Shown here: positions 24,801-35,152 of the stretch, piece after piece
Numbering within the stretch: position 1 is the stretch's first letter
How the letters are laid out: each line of letters begins with the position of its first letter
Source: Tubiluchus corallicola
Lineage: Eukaryota; Animalia; Priapulida
Assembly (NCBI GenBank): GCA_030141605.1
Contig: JAQGDQ010000165.1
Location: 398,189-462,188, forward strand
Length of the DNA: 64,000 nt
Direction of reading: 5' to 3'
Program-made: the position numbers and the translations under genes
Notes under the pieces: generated by a model
Told to the model about the DNA's origin: nothing
What the model saw: the letters and a program-made list of their open reading frames with translations, nothing else
Databases searched by the model: none

Positions 24801-27800
24801 AACTTTAATGTGGTCTGTGACTTCTGCATCAATGTTTGGTGATACTTAAGTGTTTAAGTGAGTTCTAAGTTTCGGTGATGTGTAATATGTAATTTTTTTT
24901 TGTATGTTGGGTACAGTTTACAATATTATCTGTTGAATAATATGCCCTTTCACAGTTCCAGCGATTGATGATGATCATGAAGCGATCAAAGGTTAGGTGT
25001 GCCAGACAAAACATTTGTGTACACTTGACAACGCCTCGCAGCTCATGCTGTTGTAATAGTAACAGTTTTAACACCTACCTAGAACTTTACCTAGTTCATT
25101 TTTTCTTGTTCCCAAGCAAGATCACATTAGCAAATCACTCTACATACAGATTAATGCAAAATAAGTAAAGTCCATGTAAAACAACTGAAGTTTCTGAACT
25201 GATGCTGCAGACAGTTTTGCTTTATTCACATGTCACGTGACAGTTGTAGTCAAGATGCATTGCTGCGGCACACTTGACCTTTGACCTACAGCAAATGCGC
25301 TTTTAGTTAACAAACTTTTATTTGACTAGCTATCAGGAAACATTGACATAATGTTTTCTCACGATTGGCCGAGAGGAATCTATCACCATGGCAACGTGAA
25401 ACAGCTCTTGCGTGCCAAGCCATTTTTTCGAGAAGATGTGGAAAACAACAAGCTGGGTTGTCGCCCCGCGGAGGAACTTATGCACAGATTACAACCTACG
25501 TATTGGTTTGCCGCTCACTTACATGTAAAATTTGCAGCTCTAGTGGAATTTGAGGTAAACACTAGTTTGCAACTGACCTTAGCTTCTCACAAATGTGACA
25601 GTGATAGAAAAAGTTTATCCTTTTTAGTAATTCGTGCTACTTTAAGCTAGTTGCGTGTCTTTAAACGTTGTTGCACTCATATCTCGGTTTCTCAGACGTC
25701 ACTTTTATGGATATCAGAAGAATCGGACAAAATCTGGACTGTAAAAAAAACTCCTGCATACGACATACACAATTTGTTCTTTCGCAAGCTGACAGATAGT
25801 TGGCAAGCCATCACTTTGTTTACATCATTACATCAGTGTAACCAAGCAGCATGTCACTTTGTTTACATCATTACATCAGTGTAACCAAGCAGCGTGTAGC
25901 GACACGTGTGTAGCTTGTATGTCAGCTTGTTCAAGTGGTTTTAATTAGCAGAGTTATTTCAGTCAATTGCTGACAGTTTTATACACTTTTGCATAATTGC
26001 ATGTGGGAGACCCGAACTAGACGTTTTTGAGACAATTAGGCGATTGATTCTACATTATCGTGAGTCTAAGACACGGCACCTACTGTATTAGTTCAGTATC
26101 GGTAAATACGGACAATCGGCAAATTTGGACCAACGTCTCTGACAAACCGAGCGATGAGTCTATTATGCACAGTGTTTTATGTGTGTCATGCTGTCTTATG
26201 CTGTGTCATGCTGTTTTATGTGTGTCATGCTGTCTTATGTTGTGTCATGCTGTCTTATGTGTGTCATGCTGTCTTATGTTGTGTCATGCTGTCTTATGTT
26301 GTTTGTGTCATGCTATCTTATGTTGTGTCATGCTGTCTTATGCTGTGTCATGCTGTCTTATGTTGTGTCATGCTGTCTTCTTATGTGTGTCATGCTGTCT
26401 TATGTGTGTCATGCTGTCTTATGTTGTGTCATGCTGTCTTATGCTGTGTCATGCTGTTTTATGTGTGTCATGCTGTCTTATGCTGTGTCATGCTGTCTTA
26501 TGTGTGTCATGCTGTCTTATGTTGTGTCATGCTGTCTTATGTGTGTCATGCTGTCTTATGTTGTGTCATGCTGTCTTATGTGTGTCATGCTGTCTTATGT
26601 TGTTTGTGTCATGCTGTCTTATGTTGTGTCATGCTGTCTTAAGTTTTTTATAAATTCAATTCATTGTGGAATAGTGTATAAAACTCAGGCTAAAGTTTAC
26701 AATTCCCCACACACAAGAAATTAGTTCTTGAATCGAATTACGATTAGGGTTGGGATTAGTGTTTGGATTAGGGTTAGGTTTAGGATTAAGGTTAGAAGTA
26801 GTGTTTGTGTTAGGGTTGGGTTAGCATTAGTGTTTGGATTAGGGTTGGGATTAGTGTTTGGATTAGGGTTAGGTTTAGGATTAAGGTTAGAAGTAGTGTT
26901 TGGGTTAGGGGTGGGATAGCATTAGTGTTTGGATTAGGGTTAGGGTTAGGATTAGTGTTTGGGTTAGGGTTAGGGTTGGGTTAGCATTAGTGTTAGGGTT
27001 AGGATTGAGGTTAGGATTAGTGTTAGGGTTAGGATTGAGGTTAGCATTAGTGTTTGGGTTAGGGTTAGGATTGAGGTTAGCATTAGTGTTAGGGTTAGGG
27101 TTAGGATTGAGGTTAGGATTAGTGTTTGGGTTAGGGTTAGGATTGAGGTTAGGATTAGTGTTTGGGTTAGGGTTGGGTTAGCATTAGTGTTTGGATTAGG
27201 GTTAGGGTTAGGATTGAGGTTAGGATTACTGTTTGGGTTAGGGTTGGGTTAGGATTAGGGTTGGGTTAGGGTTAGGGTTAGGGTTAGGGTTAGGGTTAGG
27301 GTTAGGGTTAGGATTAGGGTTTGGGTTAGGGTTAGGGTTAGGATTAGTGGTTAGGATTAGGGTTAGGATTGAGGTTAGGATTAGTGTTTGGGTTAGGGTT
27401 GGGTTAGCATTAGTGTTTGGGTTAGGGTTAGGGTTAGGGTTAAGGTTAGGGTTAGGGTTGGGTTAGGATTAGGGTTAGGGTTAGGGTTGGGTTAGCATTA
27501 GTGTTTGGATTAGGGTTAGGGTTAGGATTGAGGTTAGGATTACTGTTTGGGTTAGGGTTGGGTTAGCATTAGTGTTTGGATTAGGGTTAGGGTTAGGATT
27601 AGTGTTTGGGTTAGGGTTGGGTTAGGATTACTGTTTGGGTTAGGGTTGGGTTAGCATTAGTGTTTGGATTAGGGTTAGGGTTAGGATTAGGGTTAGGATT
27701 AGGGTTTGGGTTAGGGTTGGGTTAGGGTTAGTGTTTGGATTAGGGTTAGGGTTAGGATTAGGATTAGGCTATTTAAATTGTGTGGGGAATTGTAAACTCC

Positions 27801-30800
27801 AATATTTGAATGTCGTATGTTTTTAAGAGCATATAATTCTTATATTTCATATTTTTTCTATACCAACAAAGTCATATTTTTATATACAAACAAATTGTAT
27901 ACATAAAATTGTTTTATTTGTATGTATAATAACTCTTTCACTTTTATCATCATCAAACAGAATGAGGGTGAAGAGAGAGAAAGAAAAAAGACGCATTTTC
28001 TCGCGCTGGACAAATGTTTACCTAAACGAAAGTTTTTGCAGGTACGCATTCCATGTTTCATACCAAAACAGACCAGTTTTGAAAAAAAGTTTATTTAAAA
28101 TGAGTTTGATTTCAGTTATTAATGGTTGAAGATACTTTTTATTTAATCTTGATTTTATGGTGCAGAAAACCTTGACGAAGTCGATTTTCGTAGTTAATGA
28201 GCCTTTTTCCAGTTTCGTTGAGAGCACGCGCAATTGGTGTAGGTCAAAGGTCAAGTGTACCACAGCAACGCGTCTTAACTACAACCCTTACATGACATGT
28301 GGGTAAAGCAAAACCGTCTGCTGCATCAGTTTAGTAACTTCAATTCTTTTACGTGGACTTTGCTTAATTATGCATTAGTCTGTGCATAGAGTGATTTACT
28401 AGCAGGATCTTGCTTGGCAACAAGAAAAAATGAACTAGGTAAGATTCTAGCTAGCAGTTAAAACTGTTAGTATTACAAAAGCATGGGCTGCAAAGCATCG
28501 TCAAATGTACACAAATGCGATGTCTGTTACACTTAACCTTTGACCTTTCCACGATCATCATCAATCACTGAAACTGTGAAAAGGCTTGTTTATTGTTAAT
28601 CTGATACGCACAGTTCTCCATTTTTTTGGTGTTAAAGCGTGTTTTTAGTAAAAATGAATGAATTGCCATTAAATTTTAGTTTACTGGTTGGTGCTGCACA
28701 AAACTTGCTTTCTCACAAGAAGCAACTCAAACCTCATTCAATTTAAATAAAAAAAACTTAATTGGTTATAAAATTACTTATCGATTAAAGTTGATCACAC
28801 TGAAGTTTCTGAATAAATGCAGTATTAATAGTTGTAATATATGTTTAAAGGCGTGTTCACACTATTGCATGTTCACATGATTATGTGTGTAGGTTGTAGA
28901 CATCCCGTATGAAGACACGAGTCCTTTTAGTTTAAAGTATGATGTTGAATGGTTGTCAATTTTACGAAACACGAATCACTTGTTGAGCTTGAAGAAGAGT
29001 ACCGTTTACATGCCCGGGCCGGGCTGTGCGGAGAGGTGAGTGGATAGATTACAGTAATTCCTCGTTTAACGACGCTAATACGTTCCGGCAAAATGTGACG
29101 TTAAGCGAAACGTCGTTAAACGAAGTCGAGACTTCCATAGAAAATAACGTGAAATAATTAAAATATGTTTCCGAGTCAAAATCAGTGCTGCTTAAATCAC
29201 ATAAATAAAACACTTTATGAATTTTATTCGTATTTTTGCTGATTAATTTCTTTCTGTTTGCTTGAACCACCTGTCTTTATTACTAATATCTAGTTAGACC
29301 TGGGGGTTAAAAGGGGGATCGTTAAAAGGAGGGTTAAAAGGGGGATCGTTAACCACCGTGGCTATTTGTAGTTTTGAGGTCGAAAGCTGACATTCGTATG
29401 TGAAATAAAAACACGTGTAATATAACTTGCTATTAGATGTTCCTAATTTATATATAATTAGTTTTTATTTCCTGTTATTTTCTTTTGTATTCAAAGGGGA
29501 GGGTGTTATGACGCTAAAGTTGTCGCTGGGGTGTTTTGGGGAGAGCCAACAACCGACATTGGCAGGTTTATCAGACTGTTTTTGTGGTTGCGATGTTTGT
29601 GTTAAACAGATGAAATCATTGGATGAAAACATGGTTTAACTTTGCAATCCGTATTTTACTCAAAATCATAGTCTCATAGTCAATCCACATTGGTTTAACT
29701 TTGCAATCCGTATTTTACTCAAAATCATAGTCTCATAGTCAATCCACATTGGTTTAACTTTGCAATCCGTATTTTACTCAAAATCATAGTCTCATAGTCA
29801 ATCCACATTGGTTTAACTTTGCAATCTGTATTTTACTCAAAATCATAGTCTCATAGTCAATCCACATTGGTTTAACTTTGCAATCTGTATTTTACTCAAA
29901 ATCATAGTCTCATAGTCAATCCACATTGGTTTAACTTTGCAATCTGTATTTTACTCAAAATCATAGTCTCATAGTCAATCCACATTGGTTTAACTGTGCA
30001 ATCCGTATTTTACTCAAAATCATAGTCTCATAGTCAATCCACATTGGTTTAACTTTGCAATCTGTATTTTACTCAAAATCATAGTCTCATAGTCAATCCA
30101 CATTGGTTTAACTTTGCAATCTGTATTTTACTCAAAATCATAGTCTCATAGTCAATCTACATATACAGGAAAATGGTAAACATAATCAACAGTAGTAAAC
30201 AAAAGTTAAAGTAAATCCATCAGCCAATATATCATGGCACCTGAGTGAAAACGTTATTATAACCACACAACTGTTTAAGCCTATTGCTTGTCCTCTCATC
30301 TTGCTACCAAGTCAAGAGTAGTAGTTATTCACAGAGAAGCCCAGTAACTCAGTTCTATACAAACATATAGCAGTAGCAAGCACATACATATATTGGAAAC
30401 TTCAAAGTGTACAGACAGATGTCAGCACTGACTTAGTGGTAGTGAAAAACAAAAATTTAAAACTACAAATCAAAATTATTAATAAACTGTAAATTAAATG
30501 CTCGCATCTGCGACAGAGGGGGTACAGAATAACAGTTTCTCGGGGTTTAATGTGCAACTTCCCTTACTAATTATATGTATCTAGTTTATTATTAATGTTG
30601 ATTTTTTTGTGCATTTACGCAGGGGCGGTGAGAAATCAAGGATTCCATGAGGGGGTCAATGATGTAAAACGTTTGGGGAACCCCTGATCTCAGATTGGGG
30701 AGCCCCTGATCTCAGATTGGGGAACCCCTGATCTCAGATTGGGGAGCCCCTGATCTCAGATTGGGGAACCCCTGATCTCAGATTGGGGAACTCAGATTGG

Positions 30801-31439
30801 GAGCCCCTGCCTCAGATGATTAAATTTGTTTCAAATTTTTGCAGGTGGAATTTCACACCAACCGAAGAGGAGTTGAAAGTGGTAATTAGATTATTTTCCA
30901 GTGGACTGGAAATTCCCAGTAACTTTCAACAGACTGTCCCCCCGTTTTCTAACTACGATCCGAAAAAAGCGCCCCCTGCCGCGTGTTTGGTGAATCCGCA
31001 GACTACGGCATTGTGTGTAAGACTTGGTTTGACTGATCCTCATAGTGTTTTTACTGGCGTTCAGACTGAAGGTAGTGTGAACAGAGCCGCAAACGAGCCG
31101 AGAAATCCTGACGAAATCGATGTGACCCTGGTCAGTGCGACGGACGATACGTTCGCTTCGACCAGTCAAGATGAGAGCTTTGTCGATTTCTCTCATGCGA
31201 CCTCGGACAGTTCCGTATTCGAACCGCTCAACAGCTCTAGTGATTTTGTACCGCCGCAGTTCTTGCCGCGCGAACACGGAAGCTCGCTGGAGTCGAGCTA
31301 CGAACAGGAATCGAAGGGCGGCGACTGCACGTCGGAATCCGAGAAACGGTTGAGCGGAGACGCGGAATACGTGGAATCTCCGGCGAGGAAATTTAAGAGA
31401 AGGAATGCTGCTGTTTATCAAAACGAGGACAGTTCTTAG
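12767..31439 (+). CDS. DBR1: RNA lariat debranching enzyme DBR1, 8 coding exons, 510 aa
   Basis: Exons 12767-12856, 18140-18246, 19429-19553, 21920-22086, 25330-25554, 27961-28041, 28893-29035 and 30845-31439. All introns are GT-AG and phase-consistent, and the exons total 1533 nt. Motifs: [42 protein letters not shown] and C-terminal KRRN. Confidence 0.97.
14424..15555 (+). pseudogene. Ankyrin-repeat/SOCS-box (ASB-like) gene nested in DBR1 intron 1, split by a frameshift at ~15118-15131
   Basis: Ankyrin motifs ([43 protein letters not shown]) in 14424-15131, and a SOCS-box-like [11 protein letters not shown]...[11 protein letters not shown] in 15142-15555, which is in a different frame. Confidence 0.75.
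17252..17741 (-). mobile_element. 5S rRNA-derived SINE (SINE3), copy 1, with an internal deletion
   Basis: 17625-17741 is the reverse complement of a near full-length 5S rRNA. It has no T4 terminator and is followed by a body shared with 48429-48972 and 53004-53550. Confidence 0.88.
17870..18119. mobile_element. Fold-back MITE (long hairpin)
   Basis: Inverted arms ...cttagcagtttccatggtaacagagagtagttt / aaactactctctgttaccatggaaactgctaag..., extending out to catgatttt / aaaatcatg. Confidence 0.75.
18140..18246 (+). CDS. DBR1: DBR1 exon 2 ([15 protein letters not shown]...TFYK)
   Basis: Bounded by tag and gtaagt; carries the CGDFQ motif. Confidence 0.95.
18353..18832. mobile_element. hAT (Charlie-like) MITE remnant
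   Basis: caggggtg start and clustered gggcc(g/a)ca subterminal motifs. Confidence 0.6.
18835..19250 (+). mobile_element. Dispersed DNA-element repeat, possibly Kolobok-like; other copies at 51960-52345 (+) and 55928-56167 (-)
   Basis: Shared block gtaccgtgataagcat...acaaactgtggttagtttgtga.gtaag...ttttataggcaaga. This copy ends ttttcct|ttaa. Confidence 0.65.
19429..19553 (+). CDS. DBR1: DBR1 exon 3 (YYSGEK...[10 protein letters not shown]...NIYYMG)
   Basis: Bounded by cag and gtacaa; carries the GNHE motif. Confidence 0.95.
19925..20040. repeat. 19-bp near-palindromic minisatellite (ttaatagtactattattac) abutting a SINE 3' end (20030-20082, -)
   Basis: Direct periodicity. The adjacent tctttatttaaagttggctttttgg is the reverse complement of the SINE end at ~57905-57935. 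Confidence 0.75.
20097..20440. repeat. ~173-bp tandem duplication
   Basis: ttgtacattgtagttaggtgctgcc occurs at 20097 and 20270. Confidence 0.85.
20690..21278 (-). mobile_element. tRNA-derived SINE copy interrupted by a hAT MITE
   Basis: Reverse complement of the 57682 SINE on both sides of 20725-21116. Confidence 0.75.
20725..21116. mobile_element. hAT-family MITE with an 8-bp TSD
   Basis: TIRs taggggtga / tcaccccta, TSD cataacag at 20717-20724 and 21117-21124, and many internal ttcgaa motifs. Confidence 0.9.
21510..21893 (+). mobile_element. ~385-bp MITE family (TIR aataagccttttcacagtt), copy A
   Basis: TIRs at both ends; six copies of the family in the window. Confidence 0.88.
21920..22086 (+). 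CDS. DBR1: DBR1 exon 4 (YAGV...GLSGIYK...RSVYHIR...RLKQ)
   Basis: Bounded by tag and gtaaaa; covers the lariat-recognition-loop region. Confidence 0.95.
22150..22998. repeat. 72-bp minisatellite, ~12 copies
   Basis: Unit cagtatgttgggtttattttactgttatcacttaaactgtttgtggtgtgctaaaggaaagaacaagtcatt. Confidence 0.95.
24939..25300 (-). mobile_element. ~385-bp MITE family, copy B (inverted, one end truncated)
   Basis: Reverse complement of 21510-21893. Confidence 0.85.
25330..25554 (+). CDS. DBR1: DBR1 exon 5 (SHDWPRG...[13 protein letters not shown])
   Basis: Bounded by tag and gtaaac. Confidence 0.95.
26175..26640. repeat. ~18-20-bp minisatellite (tgtgtcatgctgtcttatg)
   Basis: Direct periodicity. 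Confidence 0.95.
26694..27798. mobile_element. Element bounded by inverted repeats and filled with ~1 kb of degenerate TTAGGG repeats
   Basis: Perfect 20-bp inverted repeat agtttacaattccccacaca (26694-26713) / tgtgtggggaattgtaaact (27779-27798) around a (TTAGGG/TTAGGA)n array. A related short copy lies at 46635-46770. Confidence 0.8.
27961..28041 (+). CDS. DBR1: DBR1 exon 6 ([17 protein letters not shown])
   Basis: Bounded by cag and gtacgc. Confidence 0.95.
28196..28590 (+). mobile_element. ~385-bp MITE family, copy C
   Basis: Colinear with 21510-21893. Confidence 0.88.
28893..29035 (+). CDS. DBR1: DBR1 exon 7 ([14 protein letters not shown]...MPGPG)
   Basis: Bounded by tag and gtgagt. 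Confidence 0.95.
29050..29160. mobile_element. Tigger-like MITE end; related ends at 50900-51575
   Basis: ta|cagtaattcctcgtttaacgacg...gttaagcgaaacgtcgttaaacga. Confidence 0.6.
29632..30161. repeat. 59-bp minisatellite, ~9 copies
   Basis: Unit tggtttaactttgcaatcYgtattttactcaaaatcatagtctcatagtcaatccacat. Confidence 0.95.
30620..30810. repeat. Short hAT-like remnant followed by a 22-bp tandem repeat of its end (atctcagattggggaRcccctg)
   Basis: cagggg...tttggggaacccctg followed by ~5-6 units. Confidence 0.7.
30845..31439 (+). CDS. DBR1: DBR1 last coding exon (WNFTPT...NPQT...NPDEI...KFKRRN)
   Basis: cag acceptor and stop TAG at 31437-31439. Confidence 0.95.
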
Positions 31440-33967
31440 CCTTTAGACAAACGACTTTGTAATTTTGGCTCGATTGTTTTTAGCTCTTTCAGTTTTTAAA
31501 CAAAGTTCACACTGTGCTTCATTTAGTTACCTATATAACTGTTTATCGATATACTACGTGAGAATAGGTATGTTTGTGTAAGTAGTATAGGTATGTTACC
31601 ATGCTATGTTCCGCTTTTTAACTTAAACTTGGTATTTTTTATTGTAAACGAATTTTAATCGAGAAAAAGGTGCACAGATTTGCAGAATTTAATTTAAGAG
31701 TATTCAAGTATAAGCCTCATGATAATCTATCATGTTTAATTGTTTTAAAGCTTGTGGTTCTCTTGTGTGTGTTGGCCTGGTTCTATGGTAGTAGCTGTTA
31801 ATGACATGTAAGGAACATTAATATGGTAAACTAGGTGTGACTCGAACACCTCGGGACCAGAAAATTTGTTTGAGTTCTGCGAGGGTACGAGTTAGACAAT
31901 GTTCGTAAGAAAACAAGATTGAGTCACTCATCAATGTCAGACAATGCACTAGTAACACTACAGACTATGAAAATGACAAACTGAGCCTTTAATTTAGTAT
32001 ATTTGAATATAGTACACATACAAAACAAACTGAACTGCATACTGGGCGCAAATATGTCTGGAAAAGTTGCGTTTGGCAAAACGGGTGTAAAAATTGAAAA
32101 TTACGAACCATTTATTAAATTTGGGCAAATTTGACAATTGTCACATTTTGTGTTTGATTCTTGGCGTACAGTATCTTATAATTATAATAATTATTATTAT
32201 GTCAGGTAGTAAATGTATTAAAGGTGATAGTTGTAGTCGAATTATTTCAATATAAAAGAAAAAATGTTCACAAAAAACTCTTAAATTAAAGAAAAAAATG
32301 CGACATTTCAACCAAGTTTTTCGTGTTTTTCTGTTTTTCCATTGTGGGATTTTTTTATTAATACAGTATACTACGTTTGACTCGAACACCTCGGAACTGA
32401 AAAAATTTGTTTGAATTATGCGAGGGTACGAGTTAGACAATGTTCGTAAGAAAACAAGATTGAGTCGCTCATCAACGTTGAACAATGCACTAGTAACACT
32501 ACAGCCTGTGAAAATGTCTTACTGATCCTTTAATCAAATATCAATTTTTATGAATAATGAAAAATAAAATGACTGGTCCACCTCTATTGTAGTCTGAGTA
32601 GCATGGTTAATAGAATTCAGCAGTAATAACACTGTGATCTACATTAAACCACGTTTGTTAAGCCATGCTGTGTTCAGCATTCTGCTAAGGTAATACAAGA
32701 AATCTTAGCATGGTTAATAGAATTTAACAATAATAATATTGTGATCTACATTAAACTACGTTTGTTAAGCCACGTTGAGTGCAGCGTTCAGAATTGTACC
32801 ACGAATTCGGTTCAAGATATGCAATAATTTGAGTTACACGATATTTGTTAAAGGGGAAATCCCATTCCACGAGAACTGTTCGAGATACGCAAGAATTTGA
32901 GTTATACCAGTCCGAGTTATACGTGGTAGGTTTCAAGGTTTCAAGAGTTTATTCATGGGTTAAACATATCTATTCTTGTTAATTATCTCCATGTTGATTC
33001 CTTTTTAGTAACTAGGTTGTTTAAAAGTAATGCACGGGTGAGTTTAACGTCGTACAAATGATTCTTGTGATTTTCTAATGCACTATGGAAGCCTTTTTAT
33101 GAGTGTATATGTGAAAACACTTTATATTTTTGTACCTGATAACAAACTACCTTTGAAAATACCTGAAATGTTATTACTATATTCATGTATATTTGTTAAA
33201 ACCTTAAAGATTTTATGCACAAACTACTTGTGGTGGGCAAGATAATGGATAAATTGTTAGATTGGATAATGGTTTAATCACTACAGCTGCTTATCAGTGA
33301 TGCAGACCAGACATAGTTTTGTACGACAGCATTGCTGTTAAGCCTAACGTTTAGCTGTTTCAATGCTGTCTGTCTTGTTGCTATGCATAAATTAATGATG
33401 GTTGCTATTGGTAGCTTATGCACTTGCTATAATAATCTATAAGTGCTGTTGAAGAAACAGGCAGTTTTTGGCTATTGCAATTATGTATGTTTGACACTGT
33501 AGTTTTACAGAAGATTGAAAGGGCTATTTTCATTTACAAGTGAGTATATTTAGACATACTAGCAAACAGTTTAAGTAATTTCTGGTAGCCAATTAGCACT
33601 TCAATCTTAAATACGGGTTATTGAATCGATAAACGTTCATGAAGCTCAAAGAGACTATGTGGCATTTAGAGATGAAATACCGGTCTTAAGTTAGTAATAG
33701 CTTTGTACTCAAAAATTTGTCGTATTTCAATGTAAATACAATAGAGAATTCAGTGCTATGCAAAATTTTTCTTAGTTTAATGTGTAAATTTCGTGTTGCA
33801 TTAAATATATTTGACCGGTTTGCACTTTAGGTATAATTGAACAACGGTTGCAATACCTGTAGGCTGGTATCTTTGCTTTAACTTTTACGTAGTAATAAAG
33901 CTCATAGTACAATAGGTTAAATTTGTAAGTAATTTTACCCAGTACACTGCTGTTGTGTTTATTAGTT

Positions 33968-34354
33968 AATAAGCCTTTTCACAGTTTCGTTGTGCACAGG
34001 CGCATTTGTTGTAGGTGAAATGTTAAGTGTACCACAGCAGCGCATCTTAACTACAACCTACTGACATGTTGCTAGAGCAAAGCCATCTGCTGCATCAGTT
34101 CAGTCTCTTCAATTGTTTTACGTGGACTTTACTTAATTAGCATTAGCCAGTGCATAGAGGGATTTACTAGCAGGATCTTGCTTGGGAACAAGACAAAATG
34201 CACTAGGGAAGGTTCTAGCTGTTAAAACTGTTACTATTACAATAGCTTGGGGTCCGAGGTGTTGTCAAGTGTACACAAATGCGTTGTCTGGTACACTTAA
34301 CCTTTGACCCTTTCACGATCATCATCAATCGCTGGAACTGTGAAAAGGCTTATT
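33968..34354 (+). mobile_element. ~385-bp MITE family, copy D
   Basis: Near-perfect TIRs aataagccttttcacagtt / aactgtgaaaaggcttatt. Confidence 0.9.
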
Positions 34355-34639
34355 AGTTAAAAACCCTAAACATGAAATTCAGTTTCTGATTTCTTTGTCA
34401 TAAATTTTGTTTTTACGTTTATTCAACGAGACTCGAAAGTTCCCTCTTCAACTAAAGTATATTCTTGGCAATAATCACAATAACATTTTGATAATTTAAT
34501 GACGTTTTTTACTTAAAGACCATTTTAGATAAACGAAATAAACCAGAACTTTTAGATAGCATTAAGTTTTAGGATAACTACTAAAAATCATAAGACAGTG
34601 GTACTTTCAAACTGGTGAATTAATGTCGTTGCTAAACAA

Positions 34640-35152
34640 GGTCCTTGTTAATGTCTGCTAGTTTTTAATGTTCAAGTGTCTAAATCACTCAAAACTAGTT
34701 GTTAATGTCTGCTAGTTTTTTTATGTTAAAGTGTCTAAATCACTCAAAACTAACTGTTAATGTCCTTGTTAATGTCTGCTAGTTTTTATGTTCAAGTGTC
34801 TAAATCACTCAAAACTAACTGTTAAATGTCCTTGTTAATGTCTGCTAGTTTTTTATGTTCAAGTGTCTAAATCACTCAAAACTAACTGTTAAATGTTCTT
34901 GTTAATGTCTACTAGTTTTTATGTTCAAGTGTCTAAATCACTCAAAAATACCTGTTAATGTCCTTGTTAATGTCTGCTAGTTTTTTTTATGTTCAAGCGT
35001 ATAAATCACTCAAAACTAGTTCTTAATGTCCTTGTTAATGTCTACTAGTTTTTTGTGTTCAAGTGTCTAAATCACTCAAAACTAACTGTTAAATGTCCTT
35101 GTTAATGTCTGCTAGTTTTTTGTGTTCAAGTGTCTAAATCACTCAAAACTAA
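34640..35152. repeat. ~66-bp minisatellite, ~8 copies
   Basis: Unit gtccttgttaatgtctgctagtttttatgttcaagtgtctaaatcactcaaaactaactgttaaat. Confidence 0.9.

Noticed and set aside
26740-27770. True telomere or chromosome-fusion scar
   Set aside because: The array is degenerate, single-orientation, intronic in an intact gene and bounded by element termini.
30891-31421. 176-aa antisense ORF over the last DBR1 exon
   Set aside because: Shadow of a GC-richer coding exon, with no recognisable motif.
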